Of a stretch of DNA of 64,000 nucleotides, positions 1 to 8,951 are shown one piece after another; the first letter of the stretch is position 1, and every line of letters starts with the position of its first letter. The stretch lies in sequence record OU343168.1. One strand, given 5' to 3'. The translations under genes and the position numbers were made by a program. A model generated the notes under the pieces. The model saw only the letters and a program-made list of their open reading frames with translations. It had not been told where the DNA came from and searched no databases.

Positions 1-185
1 GTATTCACGTGATTAACCCGGTAGAGGGCGAGGTGGTTACCGCTGACGATGTTGTCGGTAAAGTCCTGGCCGCCTTCAACCTGGGCAAGACGATTGTTGT
101 GAACGCTGACGTCCCCGCTAGCAATAAAGGGGTGAATTACCGGTTCGAACGGATTGGGGGAGCGTACTACCTGGTCCGGAAGTAG
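1..185 (+). CDS. 3' end of a hypothetical protein (partial, runs off the window)
   Basis: Open frame from position 3 (IHVINPVEGE...AYYLVRK) to TAG at 183-185, followed by a terminator hairpin. Confidence 0.7.
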   Translation, partial: IHVINPVEGEVVTADDVVGKVLAAFNLGKTIVVNADVPASNKGVNYRFERIGGAYYLVRK

Positions 186-196
186 CTAACGACTCG

Positions 197-240
197 CCCT
201 CCTGCCTTATTGGCAGGGGGGTGTATGTCCTTTATTTGTT
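197..240 (+). terminator. Intrinsic terminator
   Basis: Stem CCCTCCTGCC/GGCAGGGGGG followed by CCTTTATTTGTT. Confidence 0.7.
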
Positions 241-251
241 GCGAGGTGGTT

Positions 252-914
252 ATGTCAAGGCAATCGTTGTTGGAATATGGGAGAGGGTGGTTGTGTGACC
301 AGGGTGGTGAGGGTAAAGAGGAATGGACCGGGGGTGACGCGGTGTTCTACTCCATGAGTGTCAGTCCTTTAGCTTATCCCACCACCACCTTTTGGACGGG
401 TCGTTTCAATATCCACATGGAGAACATCACTGTTCGGTTACATTCGCACGATAATGATCCTGAATTGGTGTTGTTCTTCAATAAGCTCAATCTACTGGAA
501 CAGGGTATACAGGAGTATTGCAAGGCGTTCAGGAAGGCCCTCAATAACCCGAAGAAACCCCTAAAGGAAACCGTCTATAAGCGGCAGTGGCTCAACCCTG
601 AGAACATTGAAGCGCCCTTTACGGGGTATTATTTCTATTGCATCGATCAGGATAAGGCGGGTCGGTTCTGCGTTGGGGATTGCCACCGGACCATTGTGAT
701 GTGGATGGACATTCACCACAATGACGGGAGGGTCTTTAACAAAGCGCTGTTAGAAGTTCAACTCAACGCCCTGCAATGTCTGGTGACCTATTTGAAGGAG
801 GCTCAGGTTAAGATCAAGAGTCTTCGTAAGCAATACAAGGTCTTAGGTTGGGATAAACCCCAGGAGCTCCAGAGTGACTCACCCCCTGAGGACGTTCTTC
901 CAGATCCCCAGTAG
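252..914 (+). CDS. Hypothetical protein (~220 aa)
   Basis: Long ORF. GAGGTG SD precedes ATG 252; the track start at 210 lies inside the terminator hairpin. Confidence 0.65.
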   Translation: MSRQSLLEYGRGWLCDQGGEGKEEWTGGDAVFYSMSVSPLAYPTTTFWTGRFNIHMENITVRLHSHDNDPELVLFFNKLNLLEQGIQEYCKAFRKALNNPKKPLKETVYKRQWLNPENIEAPFTGYYFYCIDQDKAGRFCVGDCHRTIVMWMDIHHNDGRVFNKALLEVQLNALQCLVTYLKEAQVKIKSLRKQYKVLGWDKPQELQSDSPPEDVLPDPQ

Positions 915-922
915 AAATTAAT

Positions 923-942
923 AAACCTATATTACTCAGGTG
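923..942 (+). promoter_or_regulatory. Phage promoter-like motif AAACCTATATTAC
   Basis: Same core recurs upstream of several + strand genes; resembles the phiKZ early TATATTAC motif. Confidence 0.6.
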
Positions 943-978
943 TAATGCAATTAGGTATGGTTTAACAGGAGTACGAAG

Positions 979-2655
979 ATGTCTCAAACGCTGCTGGTAC
1001 ATGGTGAAGATGCCCAAGGAATCATTAAACAGGTCTTGAGTGAGGTGTATGATGCCGTCACTTCGACCATGGGTCCGAATGGTCAGTTGGTGATGATCAA
1101 GAATGGGGTCTCCACCAAGACCACCAAGGATGGGGTGACGGTAGCCCGTTCCATTCGCTTTGCAGATGAAGCCCATGAATTGGTGAACCGGGTAATTACC
1201 GAGCCGGCTACGAAGACCGATGAGGAATGCGGGGATGGCACTACTACTACCATCATGCTGACCCATGCGCTCTATCACCTGTTCAAGGACTTCCCAGGCT
1301 TCCAACACCACCGGAACATTGAAGACCTGGTAGAGCGGGTTATCCAACGTTTGGAATCCATGGCGATACGAGTGGAAGTGGATGACCCTCGGTTGTATCA
1401 AGTGGCCCTGACCTCGTCCAACCAGGATGAAAAGCTCGCCCGACTGGTCAGTGAGCTCTATGCGAATAACAAAGGGAGTTATCCGGATATTGAACTCAAG
1501 GAAGGGGTCAACTTCGAAGACCAGATCGAACAAACCACAGGGCGCACCATCCGCATGTTCTACGCGAATCCCTGGTTTGCGAAAGGCCACCAAGGGGGTG
1601 TGACAGAATTGACGGGGTTTACGGCGTTCGTTATCGATCGTCGGATTGACAAGGAAGACACCCAGAAGTTGATTGATGGTGTGAATCACCTTGTGAAAAC
1701 CCACAAACAACACCTGATCCTTCCCATCCTGCTGATTGCACGAAGTTTCGAAGAAGCCGCTAACTCGACCCTGATGCAATTGAATGCGGCGCACCCAACC
1801 CTGGTAGAAGATGGGCGCCCTTGGTTGATTCCGTTGAGTACGCCGGTAGGTGGTGCAATTGGGACCTCTGAACTGCAAGACATCGCGGTCATGCTGAACG
1901 CCCCTATGCTCAGTGACGTAGGGGATCTGACCAAGTTGGATGCCCATTCGATCAATAGCCAACACGGCCAACTGGAACTGGGGGGGAATCGGTCTATCCT
2001 GAAGAGTACCACCCCTAAGGATGAAGACCGGATCGAACAACATGCTCGGGGTATTGAGGAACTGTTGGAGGGGTTTAGCCTCAGCGATAAGTTCTCTGTA
2101 CGCGCTCGGTACAACGAACGGCGTATCCGGACCCTACGGGGTAAGTTGATTACCATTTCCGTAGGTGGTGAAACCTATTCTGAAGTCAAGGAACGGGTAG
2201 ATCGGTACGAGGATGTGGTGAAAGCCATTCGTTCCGCCTTGGAGAACGGTATCCTTCCTGGCGGTGGTGTATCCCTGGTTAAGGCGGTCTTCGGTACGAT
2301 CAAGGAAGGCCTCGAAGATAAAGACCAGAGCGCTGAGTTTGCTAAGCGGTATATCAACTCAGGCATTGCCAATGAGTTGATGCGACTGTCCACTATTCAG
2401 CATAAGCTGTTGTTCAAGGACACAGCGCTGTATAAGGAAAATGGGAGTTTCCATTTTAATGATGATTGGCTCAATACACCGACCGTCATGAATCTGGCAA
2501 CTGGTGAGATTGGTACCCCGGAGGGATTGGGTATTTATGACACCGCGTATGCTTCTATCACTGCGCTGAAAGGCGGTCTCCAAACCGCTAAGATCTTGGC
2601 CACTACGAAGACACTGATCCTAGGGGAGAAGTTGTCGGCGGTTAAGGTACGGTAA
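979..2655 (+). CDS. groEL: Phage GroEL-like chaperonin (EL gp146 type)
   Basis: TMGPNG, TKDGVTVA, GDGTTT and ILPGGG chaperonin motifs; 558 aa; AGGAG SD; matches my recollection of EL gp146. Confidence 0.97.
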   Translation: MSQTLLVHGEDAQGIIKQVLSEVYDAVTSTMGPNGQLVMIKNGVSTKTTKDGVTVARSIRFADEAHELVNRVITEPATKTDEECGDGTTTTIMLTHALYHLFKDFPGFQHHRNIEDLVERVIQRLESMAIRVEVDDPRLYQVALTSSNQDEKLARLVSELYANNKGSYPDIELKEGVNFEDQIEQTTGRTIRMFYANPWFAKGHQGGVTELTGFTAFVIDRRIDKEDTQKLIDGVNHLVKTHKQHLILPILLIARSFEEAANSTLMQLNAAHPTLVEDGRPWLIPLSTPVGGAIGTSELQDIAVMLNAPMLSDVGDLTKLDAHSINSQHGQLELGGNRSILKSTTPKDEDRIEQHARGIEELLEGFSLSDKFSVRARYNERRIRTLRGKLITISVGGETYSEVKERVDRYEDVVKAIRSALENGILPGGGVSLVKAVFGTIKEGLEDKDQSAEFAKRYINSGIANELMRLSTIQHKLLFKDTALYKENGSFHFNDDWLNTPTVMNLATGEIGTPEGLGIYDTAYASITALKGGLQTAKILATTKTLILGEKLSAVKVR

Positions 2656-2664
2656 GGGGTTTGT

Positions 2665-2705
2665 AAAGGAGTAGGGGGAAGACCCCTACTCCTTTATTTT
2701 TTTTT
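2665..2705 (+). terminator. Intrinsic terminator
   Basis: AAAGGAGTAGGGG/CCCCTACTCCTTT stem plus ATTTTTTTTT. Confidence 0.9.
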
Positions 2706-2816
2706 AAGGAAATCGATGGATGACGAAGCATTTGAAGGAGGTAGACATCCTATGCAGTGAGTCTTGTAACTTCTTTTGACTTACTCCCATTGGATCACCT
2801 TTAAGAGGATAAAGCA

Positions 2817-3446
2817 ATGGCTTCAAACCTTCCAATCCAAACGATCTTCCTCGACAAGTTCGTCGAGTTCAACAAAGACCGCTACAAAGACCAGGCGGAA
2901 ATGCTCGCCCTCTTTGACGGCCTGACCCTCGCGGACATCACGATCTCCGATATCACCGCCGACGGCACCAACCCCGAGCTGCAAAGCGCCACGGTCACCT
3001 CTGTGAGCCGCAACTTCAAGGGTGTCGAACAAAAATGGCTCCCGGCGAACATCAACACTCCGTTCGCCTTCGTGGTGGTGAACAAAGGCGCTCCCCTGAC
3101 CGGCGAAGACCAACTGGCCGAGCAGACCACCCCGGGTGCCTACGTTTACCTGGTCGGTGAAGGCGAAGAAGCGGTTCAACGCGTGGGCCTGGTGCTGGCT
3201 TCCACCACCACCACTGAAACCCAAGCCGCCGACGCCCTGGCGCTGTTCAAGGCCAACTTCGAATACGTCCTGGACGACGCCGATGTCGATACTGCCACCG
3301 CCAAGGTGCTCAAGGTAACCACCAACCCGTTCACCCGCGGCGAGCTCGTGTACGAAATTGGTAAGGCTCCGATCATCGAGATTCCGGAAACCGACTACGG
3401 TCGTCTGGAATTCAAAGAAATCGTTCAACCCGAACCCCAACCGTAA
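2817..3446 (+). CDS. Putative virion structural protein, paralogue of 15134-15727
   Basis: 209 aa, strongly C-ending codons; N-terminus FLDKFVEFNKDRY resembles FLERFIAFNKERY of the 15134-15727 product. Confidence 0.6.
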   Translation: MASNLPIQTIFLDKFVEFNKDRYKDQAEMLALFDGLTLADITISDITADGTNPELQSATVTSVSRNFKGVEQKWLPANINTPFAFVVVNKGAPLTGEDQLAEQTTPGAYVYLVGEGEEAVQRVGLVLASTTTTETQAADALALFKANFEYVLDDADVDTATAKVLKVTTNPFTRGELVYEIGKAPIIEIPETDYGRLEFKEIVQPEPQP

Positions 3447-3453
3447 GCTAGAT

Positions 3454-3500
3454 AACTACCAAGTGGGCTAGCCCCACTTGGTAGTTTACCTCTCTTCGTA
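3454..3500 (+). terminator. Terminator-like hairpin
   Basis: 14-bp stem AACTACCAAGTGGG/CCCACTTGGTAGTT right after the stop codon. Confidence 0.7.
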
Positions 3501-3521
3501 CCTCATTTCAATTCCAGTGAA

Positions 3522-3545
3522 TTTCAAATCTACATCATCAGTGTG
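3522..3545 (+). promoter_or_regulatory. Phage promoter-like motif TTTCAAATCTACATCATC
   Basis: Variant of the TTTCAAACCTACAT(A/T)AT motif at 15829 and 33578. Confidence 0.5.
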
Positions 3546-3623
3546 AGCCAGGGGCAATAAAAGTTCACGGATGAATGAATTCTCTTGCAACTGGTGCTTT
3601 AAATGTCATTAGGAATATTCACC

Positions 3624-4184
3624 ATGAGTATGAGTACTGCTAAAAGGGGTAACTTTTCTACGTCCCCCGGCAAGGAAGACGATGATCTTCCTCTGCACGA
3701 GATCCGGGATGCCTTTAATCCCGCGTTTGTGAAAACGTTTGACAAACTGGGCCTCGACCCACAATTGATTAAAGAGTTTATTTACGCGCTTGATCTGCTC
3801 GACAACATCGTTAAGACCCCCAACTTCGTATCGGGCAGAATTCTGAATAACCGAGATATTGAAGCATACGGCGAAGAAGCGGTCTTCGCGTTCAACCGGA
3901 ATAACAACATCCCGTACTACTACGTACGGTTGGGTATTACCGTGTCGGAAACGGTGTACAAATTGCAGGACGAGTTTCTGGAACGTGATTATCCCAAAAC
4001 GATCCTGAGTATTCTCCGCCCCATGCGCACACCCGGTATTGACGTGACTGTAGACGGTCACCCTTACAACGTAGGGATCACCTTCAAAACACCTCATCCT
4101 TTGTTCGGTTTGGTGAATTACCAAGATCTCCGGACTGGGGTGAACACTTCAGTCCCCTTCCTACTCACTCGGGTGGGACTTTGA
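3624..4184 (+). CDS. Hypothetical protein
   Basis: ORF with AGGA SD before ATG 3624 (track start 3603). Confidence 0.7.
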   Translation: MSMSTAKRGNFSTSPGKEDDDLPLHEIRDAFNPAFVKTFDKLGLDPQLIKEFIYALDLLDNIVKTPNFVSGRILNNRDIEAYGEEAVFAFNRNNNIPYYYVRLGITVSETVYKLQDEFLERDYPKTILSILRPMRTPGIDVTVDGHPYNVGITFKTPHPLFGLVNYQDLRTGVNTSVPFLLTRVGL

Positions 4185-4284
4185 TCCTCTACCTGCTCCA
4201 CTGGGCTTAACGCTCCGGTGGAGCGGGGTAGGGGTTATTACCGCTTTAAATTTTTCAATACACCAACCCAAAAAGGTAATAACC

Positions 4285-5169
4285 ATGCCGAAGAATGAGA
4301 ACAATCCTGATAAACAAGGTCTTACGTCTATCTCTGATGAAGACTTGAATAAGGCACTCAACGAACTGGACGACGCAGGGGAAGACGTAACTCCGATGTC
4401 CAAAGAGACCGCTACGCAGCATCCGGGTACGTCGGACATCCTCAACCGCTATTCTCACCCCGCCCTTCAGCCGAAGAAGGGAACCCCTGAATACATCGAG
4501 TGGAAAGCCGCTCTCAAACAGGAAGAGGACCGATTAGTGGAATCCTTGAAGACTTCGGTGACCCGGGAACATGAAGAGAATGTCCTGAAAGGAAATACCC
4601 TGGGTACTAAACCGAAGACCAAGCAGGTAGAAGGCCTGTTGGAGATGGTGGTTCGTAAGAAGGCTGAACTCACCCAAGAAGACACCGTAGACGCCGCAGA
4701 ACGCGCATTGGCAGCGCTGAAGCGAGTACGGGAATATAACCGTAAGAAACGTATTCGACTGTGGTCCATTGTTGTTGGGCTCTTGGCGGTTGTGGGAAGT
4801 GGTCTCTATGGGGGGTGGATGTTCGTCCAGAAACAAATGCTCACCGGTCACTATACCGTAGTTGCGGAGTGCAAAGTTCCTTACGGGGATTTTGAAATTA
4901 CCGGCAAGCGGTACTACCGCTACGCGTATCAATCGATTCTGGGTTACCACCTCGTGGATGAGAGTACGGTCGAAGAAGTCACCGAAGTCAAACTCCCTGG
5001 GGATAAGATCATTATCCTGGGATTCGATGCGAGTAAAGGGAACTGGTGGCGGATGAACTATGACCGGGGAGAATTCGGTACCGTTAAACTCAAACCTACA
5101 GATAAGTACTGGTTCGTCGGCGAGAAAGATCGTACAACCCTGGTACCTTATCACTCGTTCTGCCATTAA
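4285..5169 (+). CDS. Membrane-anchored hypothetical protein (single TM)
   Basis: Charged N-terminal region, then RKKRIR followed by hydrophobic LWSIVVGLLAVVGSGLYGGWMFV and a beta-rich C-terminal domain. Confidence 0.7.
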   Translation: MPKNENNPDKQGLTSISDEDLNKALNELDDAGEDVTPMSKETATQHPGTSDILNRYSHPALQPKKGTPEYIEWKAALKQEEDRLVESLKTSVTREHEENVLKGNTLGTKPKTKQVEGLLEMVVRKKAELTQEDTVDAAERALAALKRVREYNRKKRIRLWSIVVGLLAVVGSGLYGGWMFVQKQMLTGHYTVVAECKVPYGDFEITGKRYYRYAYQSILGYHLVDESTVEEVTEVKLPGDKIIILGFDASKGNWWRMNYDRGEFGTVKLKPTDKYWFVGEKDRTTLVPYHSFCH

Positions 5170-5198
5170 ACGGTAACCTTACCGAGGGAATCAATCCC

Positions 5199-5777
5199 AT
5201 GCTGAATACCTCAGACCAACCTGTGGGTCTCTTGTCCAGTCAACTGTACATCGATCCCAACGATGGTTCTTTCTTCATTGGTCATTTGGAAAAGTCCCAC
5301 AAGAAACGGTGCCACTTAGTACGCCACAAGCTCCAATACGCTATCCGGTATTATTCGTCCGTTAAACTGCCTGATGGGTGGTTGGTGGGGATTAGTGATC
5401 GGGAGGCAAGCCGGTATTATTTCTTCCCCACCCAGGGAAGACGGAGGACTATTCAGGTTCCTTTACCCAGTACAGCGTACCGGGAGATATGGTTTAACCT
5501 GTTTAAAGGGCTCTGGATGACCGGTAGCCGGGAGGTTATCTACCTGCACAGTGTGGCGTATCCCCATCTCATGGAGCTCTTGAACGAATCCTTAGTCCCC
5601 AGAGTGATTTCTGTTGAAGGTGAATGGAAAGGGGAAGGGTATATTGCGTCTCTGGAATGGAAGCCTGAAAAACCCGGTCGGTTGATCGTAACAACGACCT
5701 TGGATAATGCTAAAGACCACAGTGTTCCGATCCAATGGCATCCCATTGATGCAGTGGTTCGTCTCATCCGAAAGTAA
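5199..5777 (+). CDS. Hypothetical protein
   Basis: 192-aa ORF with GAGG SD, in operon. Confidence 0.7.
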   Translation: MLNTSDQPVGLLSSQLYIDPNDGSFFIGHLEKSHKKRCHLVRHKLQYAIRYYSSVKLPDGWLVGISDREASRYYFFPTQGRRRTIQVPLPSTAYREIWFNLFKGLWMTGSREVIYLHSVAYPHLMELLNESLVPRVISVEGEWKGEGYIASLEWKPEKPGRLIVTTTLDNAKDHSVPIQWHPIDAVVRLIRK

Positions 5778-5789
5778 GAGGATTACATC

Positions 5790-6653
5790 ATGAAAGAAGA
5801 AAACCAGAAGAAGACCAACAGTTTCCAACGTGGCGATGTTCGGGTAGTGTCTTCTAAGACGCATCCCGGCAAATCTAAACTCCTCCCAGTAAACCTTATG
5901 GGACCGGATACGATCGAGAACCCTGACCAACTGGTCCTCCGAGTTCATCACCGTCTGACCGAAGGCCAGAAAGCGTTCTACCACACCCTGGAAACCTACG
6001 GGCTGTGTAAGGCCTACAGTTCGTCACCCGATCCTCGCACGTTGGTGATCAACATCGCTACCGGTCTTCCCCACACCAAGGAAGAGAAAGACGCCCCTCG
6101 CCGCAGCATCGAGCTGGACGCCGGCATTATCCTCTATGCGGTTATCAGCGAACGGGAGGGCGGGGCCTTCAAGATCGTTATCGTGGGGACCGCTACCCAT
6201 ACGTCTTATTTGGTGATCCGTGAAGACGTTGCCTTCTCGTTTATCATCGATAAGGTGTCGTTGTCGGTTCAGGATGCGGTGGTCGCCCTGTACGCCAGCA
6301 ACCTCAGCAAAGGCCGGGGTCTCTTCGAGAACACCGCTAAACACCTTCCGGACTTCTTCTACAAGCTGTTTAAAGCGGTCTTCCCGGAAATGGTTCGTCT
6401 GGAATTCACGATCACCCACATTCATGAAGACAGTGTTCGTGTTGCACTGTACTGGGATCCTAGGGGACCTAACAAGAATCTCATTGCCTGCAATGGGTTT
6501 GTCTTCCCGTTGGACATTTCCCAGTTCCCGGGTAAACAAATCTCCCGGGGGTATAACCTCCAGAAGAAAGAAACCCGGCATGTCACCCACAAACAAAAGG
6601 GATCTGACCTGTCAGTCAATACCCAGCGTCTGTTGGAAAAGTTCTCGAAATAG
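5790..6653 (+). CDS. Hypothetical protein
   Basis: 287-aa ORF with GAGG SD, followed by a terminator. Confidence 0.75.
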   Translation: MKEENQKKTNSFQRGDVRVVSSKTHPGKSKLLPVNLMGPDTIENPDQLVLRVHHRLTEGQKAFYHTLETYGLCKAYSSSPDPRTLVINIATGLPHTKEEKDAPRRSIELDAGIILYAVISEREGGAFKIVIVGTATHTSYLVIREDVAFSFIIDKVSLSVQDAVVALYASNLSKGRGLFENTAKHLPDFFYKLFKAVFPEMVRLEFTITHIHEDSVRVALYWDPRGPNKNLIACNGFVFPLDISQFPGKQISRGYNLQKKETRHVTHKQKGSDLSVNTQRLLEKFSK

Positions 6654-6664
6654 TCTGTGAGTAC

Positions 6665-6690
6665 GAGGCGGGGGGTAACACCCCCGCCTC
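6665..6690 (+). terminator. Terminator-like hairpin
   Basis: GAGGCGGGGG/CCCCCGCCTC stem. Confidence 0.65.
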
Positions 6691-6736
6691 TATCTATGCT
6701 GTAACGCGCTGTAACACCCTTTAAAGAGTTTTTAAC

Positions 6737-7237
6737 ATGAAAGGTACCCTACCCCATTACCAGATCAGAATTATCGCTAGAAGTGCCTTTACAGACGATT
6801 TAAAGGAGAGACTCAAACCACTGTATGAAAACCTCTTCCACCACGAACTCCATCTCGTCATCGGTACTAAAACAACCCGTAAGCTGTTTAAACCCTCCGC
6901 GCGTAGACATCCCCATCCCTCCGTTATTGAGAAACGGTACGAAGACTTCTTCAAAATAACCGACAAGATAGTACTCGTTACTCACTTGGGAGAAGCCGTG
7001 GGATATCTGGCGGTGGTTAAGAACAAGATCACCTCACTCTTTGTTGAAGAAGACTTCCGGAAGCTAGGCTTAGGGCGGATCATGGTGTCCAAGTTACAAC
7101 GGGGTGGACATCCTGTGAACCGGTTCCTCTACGTTCAATGCTTTACCCAGAATACAGCTGGTATCAACTTCTACCGGAAAGTTGGGTTTAAGGAAATTGA
7201 CAGAGGAGAGATCTACACGGTTTTGTTAATGGAATAA
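6737..7237 (+). CDS. GNAT-family acetyltransferase
   Basis: Motif A LFVEEDFRKLGLGR and motif B NTAGINFYRKVGF. Confidence 0.85.
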   Translation: MKGTLPHYQIRIIARSAFTDDLKERLKPLYENLFHHELHLVIGTKTTRKLFKPSARRHPHPSVIEKRYEDFFKITDKIVLVTHLGEAVGYLAVVKNKITSLFVEEDFRKLGLGRIMVSKLQRGGHPVNRFLYVQCFTQNTAGINFYRKVGFKEIDRGEIYTVLLME

Positions 7238-7295
7238 ACACCGTACTAGGAGTAGCCCATAAGGGCTACTCCTAGGGGTGTATTTTATTTTTGTT
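7238..7295. terminator. Terminator between convergent genes
   Basis: 13-bp stem CTAGGAGTAGCCC/GGGCTACTCCTAG plus TATTTTATTTTT. Confidence 0.85.
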
Positions 7296-8222
7296 TCAAA
7301 AGAAGCGGTAGATATCACGGTAGCGTCCTGCTTGGTAGTAATCTCCTGATCCAATGGTGGAGGAATTAACACCCCCTACCAGGTAAATCCCACTGTCATC
7401 CGTGAGCATCTCAAAGGCATACCGTTTTGTTACCGTGGTCATTTGCTTGTACCAACGGTCTTTCAGTATGTCGTAAATATGGAACACGATGTAACCGTTT
7501 TCAACACCACAGAGAATCAGAAACTGTTTCCACGAAGTCCCCCCAGTCCAACTACTGGCAATAGGTGCTTCTGTTACCGTTCTCCAGGTGTTGGTAACGG
7601 GATCGTATTCCCTGACCAATCTTGACGTACCCGCGGGGTCGTTCCATCCCCCGAATACATAGATCTTTCCATTGAACTGTCCGATGTAATGCCCATTGAG
7701 CGCCATCGGCATATCCGCTTTACGGGTCCAGACGTTGGTGGTGGTGTCATACTGGTGGTTGAGGGCTGTGGGTTTATTGGTACTCCCCATGTAACCCCCC
7801 ATGCAGAAGATCGTCTTATCATCCAGGGTAATACACCGACCTTGTCCTCGGGCTCCATCCGGGAGGTTATTCAAGTTCGTTGAAGACCCTGTTGAAGGAT
7901 TCAATTTCCACACGTGACTCACATAGTTCCCATTATTACCGGTAATACCCCAGAAGGAACTGTTGCAGTAACACCCGCCACTCCAGGCCCATACGGAGAT
8001 ATTCCCGGTAGTGGCCCACGTACGGGTGGTAAAGTCATAACGGGTATACGTCTGTTGTTGACCCCCACCGGCAAACTGACCTCCGAAGATATGAATCTTC
8101 CCTCCACCGATACCCGCACTGAAGTTAGCAATACCGTTGAAAGGAACTTGAGTCACCCATTCCATTCGTCCCAGAATGTAGGGGTTATCATCAGAAAGGG
8201 TAAATAGTTGACTCTCTAACAT
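7296..8222 (-). CDS. Kelch-repeat beta-propeller protein, probably tail associated
   Basis: Repeated GG...Y..W units (IHIFGG, IFCMGG, IYVFGG, IYLVGG; YDPVTNTW); last gene of the tail-fibre cluster. Confidence 0.85.
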   Translation of the reverse strand: MLESQLFTLSDDNPYILGRMEWVTQVPFNGIANFSAGIGGGKIHIFGGQFAGGGQQQTYTRYDFTTRTWATTGNISVWAWSGGCYCNSSFWGITGNNGNYVSHVWKLNPSTGSSTNLNNLPDGARGQGRCITLDDKTIFCMGGYMGSTNKPTALNHQYDTTTNVWTRKADMPMALNGHYIGQFNGKIYVFGGWNDPAGTSRLVREYDPVTNTWRTVTEAPIASSWTGGTSWKQFLILCGVENGYIVFHIYDILKDRWYKQMTTVTKRYAFEMLTDDSGIYLVGGVNSSTIGSGDYYQAGRYRDIYRFF

Positions 8223-8267
8223 GAAGCCGCTCCTAAAGAGAGGGAGTTAATCCCTCTCTTACTGATT

Positions 8268-8951
8268 TCAGTTCAACACAAACAAAGGACCCGGAACGGA
8301 AGGCAGTTCCTCTGCGTCGGTGGCTGCTTCGGCTCTATCCATAAGGGACCATATCGTTTCCAGTCCTTCCTGGATACGGGAAGTCACTTCGTTGGACAAG
8401 TCAATGGTTTCTTGAGCGGTCAGGGAAAGTGTTACACCTTCCTTGGTGCGAATAGAAGCGGAGAAGGGTTTCTCCTCACGCAATGCTTCTTTCGCCTGGA
8501 TACTCAAGGCCGTCAAATGGATTCGGTGGGTGGATTCGATCAAGAGGGTGTGGACCGTCTCCCCGAATCGCACTTCCATGCCTGTGTAGAAAGCCGCCGC
8601 AATCACATTCTGGATTTCATTCTTACGAATGTCCTTAGCGGATCGGAGGCGTTCTGCGACTTCCTCAGGGGTAAAGTCCCGAGTGGTCCACTGCTGGGTC
8701 CAATACCCATCAATCTGTTTAGGGGGGAGTTCAACCGGTACATCCCCGGCGGGTGGTTGGGTCAATTGAACGACAGCCATCAGGAAGGGTTCTCCTTCCA
8801 AGGCACTGGCTTGTAGCTTACTGGGAATGGGCCAGTCAGGGAACTTCTTCCGAACATCCTCAATGTAAAGAGGATATTCCCCCGTGCGCGTATCAATCAA
8901 GGCGGTGCTTTCATATACCACGGTTACCTTATCCATACTCATTCTCCTCAT
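8268..8951 (-). CDS. Putative tail fibre assembly/chaperone protein
   Basis: Position in the fibre cluster; QIDGYWTQQWTTRDFTPEE and C-terminal helical pattern typical of Tfa/DUF4376-like proteins. Confidence 0.55.
   Translation of the reverse strand: MRRMSMDKVTVVYESTALIDTRTGEYPLYIEDVRKKFPDWPIPSKLQASALEGEPFLMAVVQLTQPPAGDVPVELPPKQIDGYWTQQWTTRDFTPEEVAERLRSAKDIRKNEIQNVIAAAFYTGMEVRFGETVHTLLIESTHRIHLTALSIQAKEALREEKPFSASIRTKEGVTLSLTAQETIDLSNEVTSRIQEGLETIWSLMDRAEAATDAEELPSVPGPLFVLN

Noticed and set aside
814-2043. 409-aa minus-strand ORF
   Set aside because: Antisense shadow of the chaperonin; no motifs or SD
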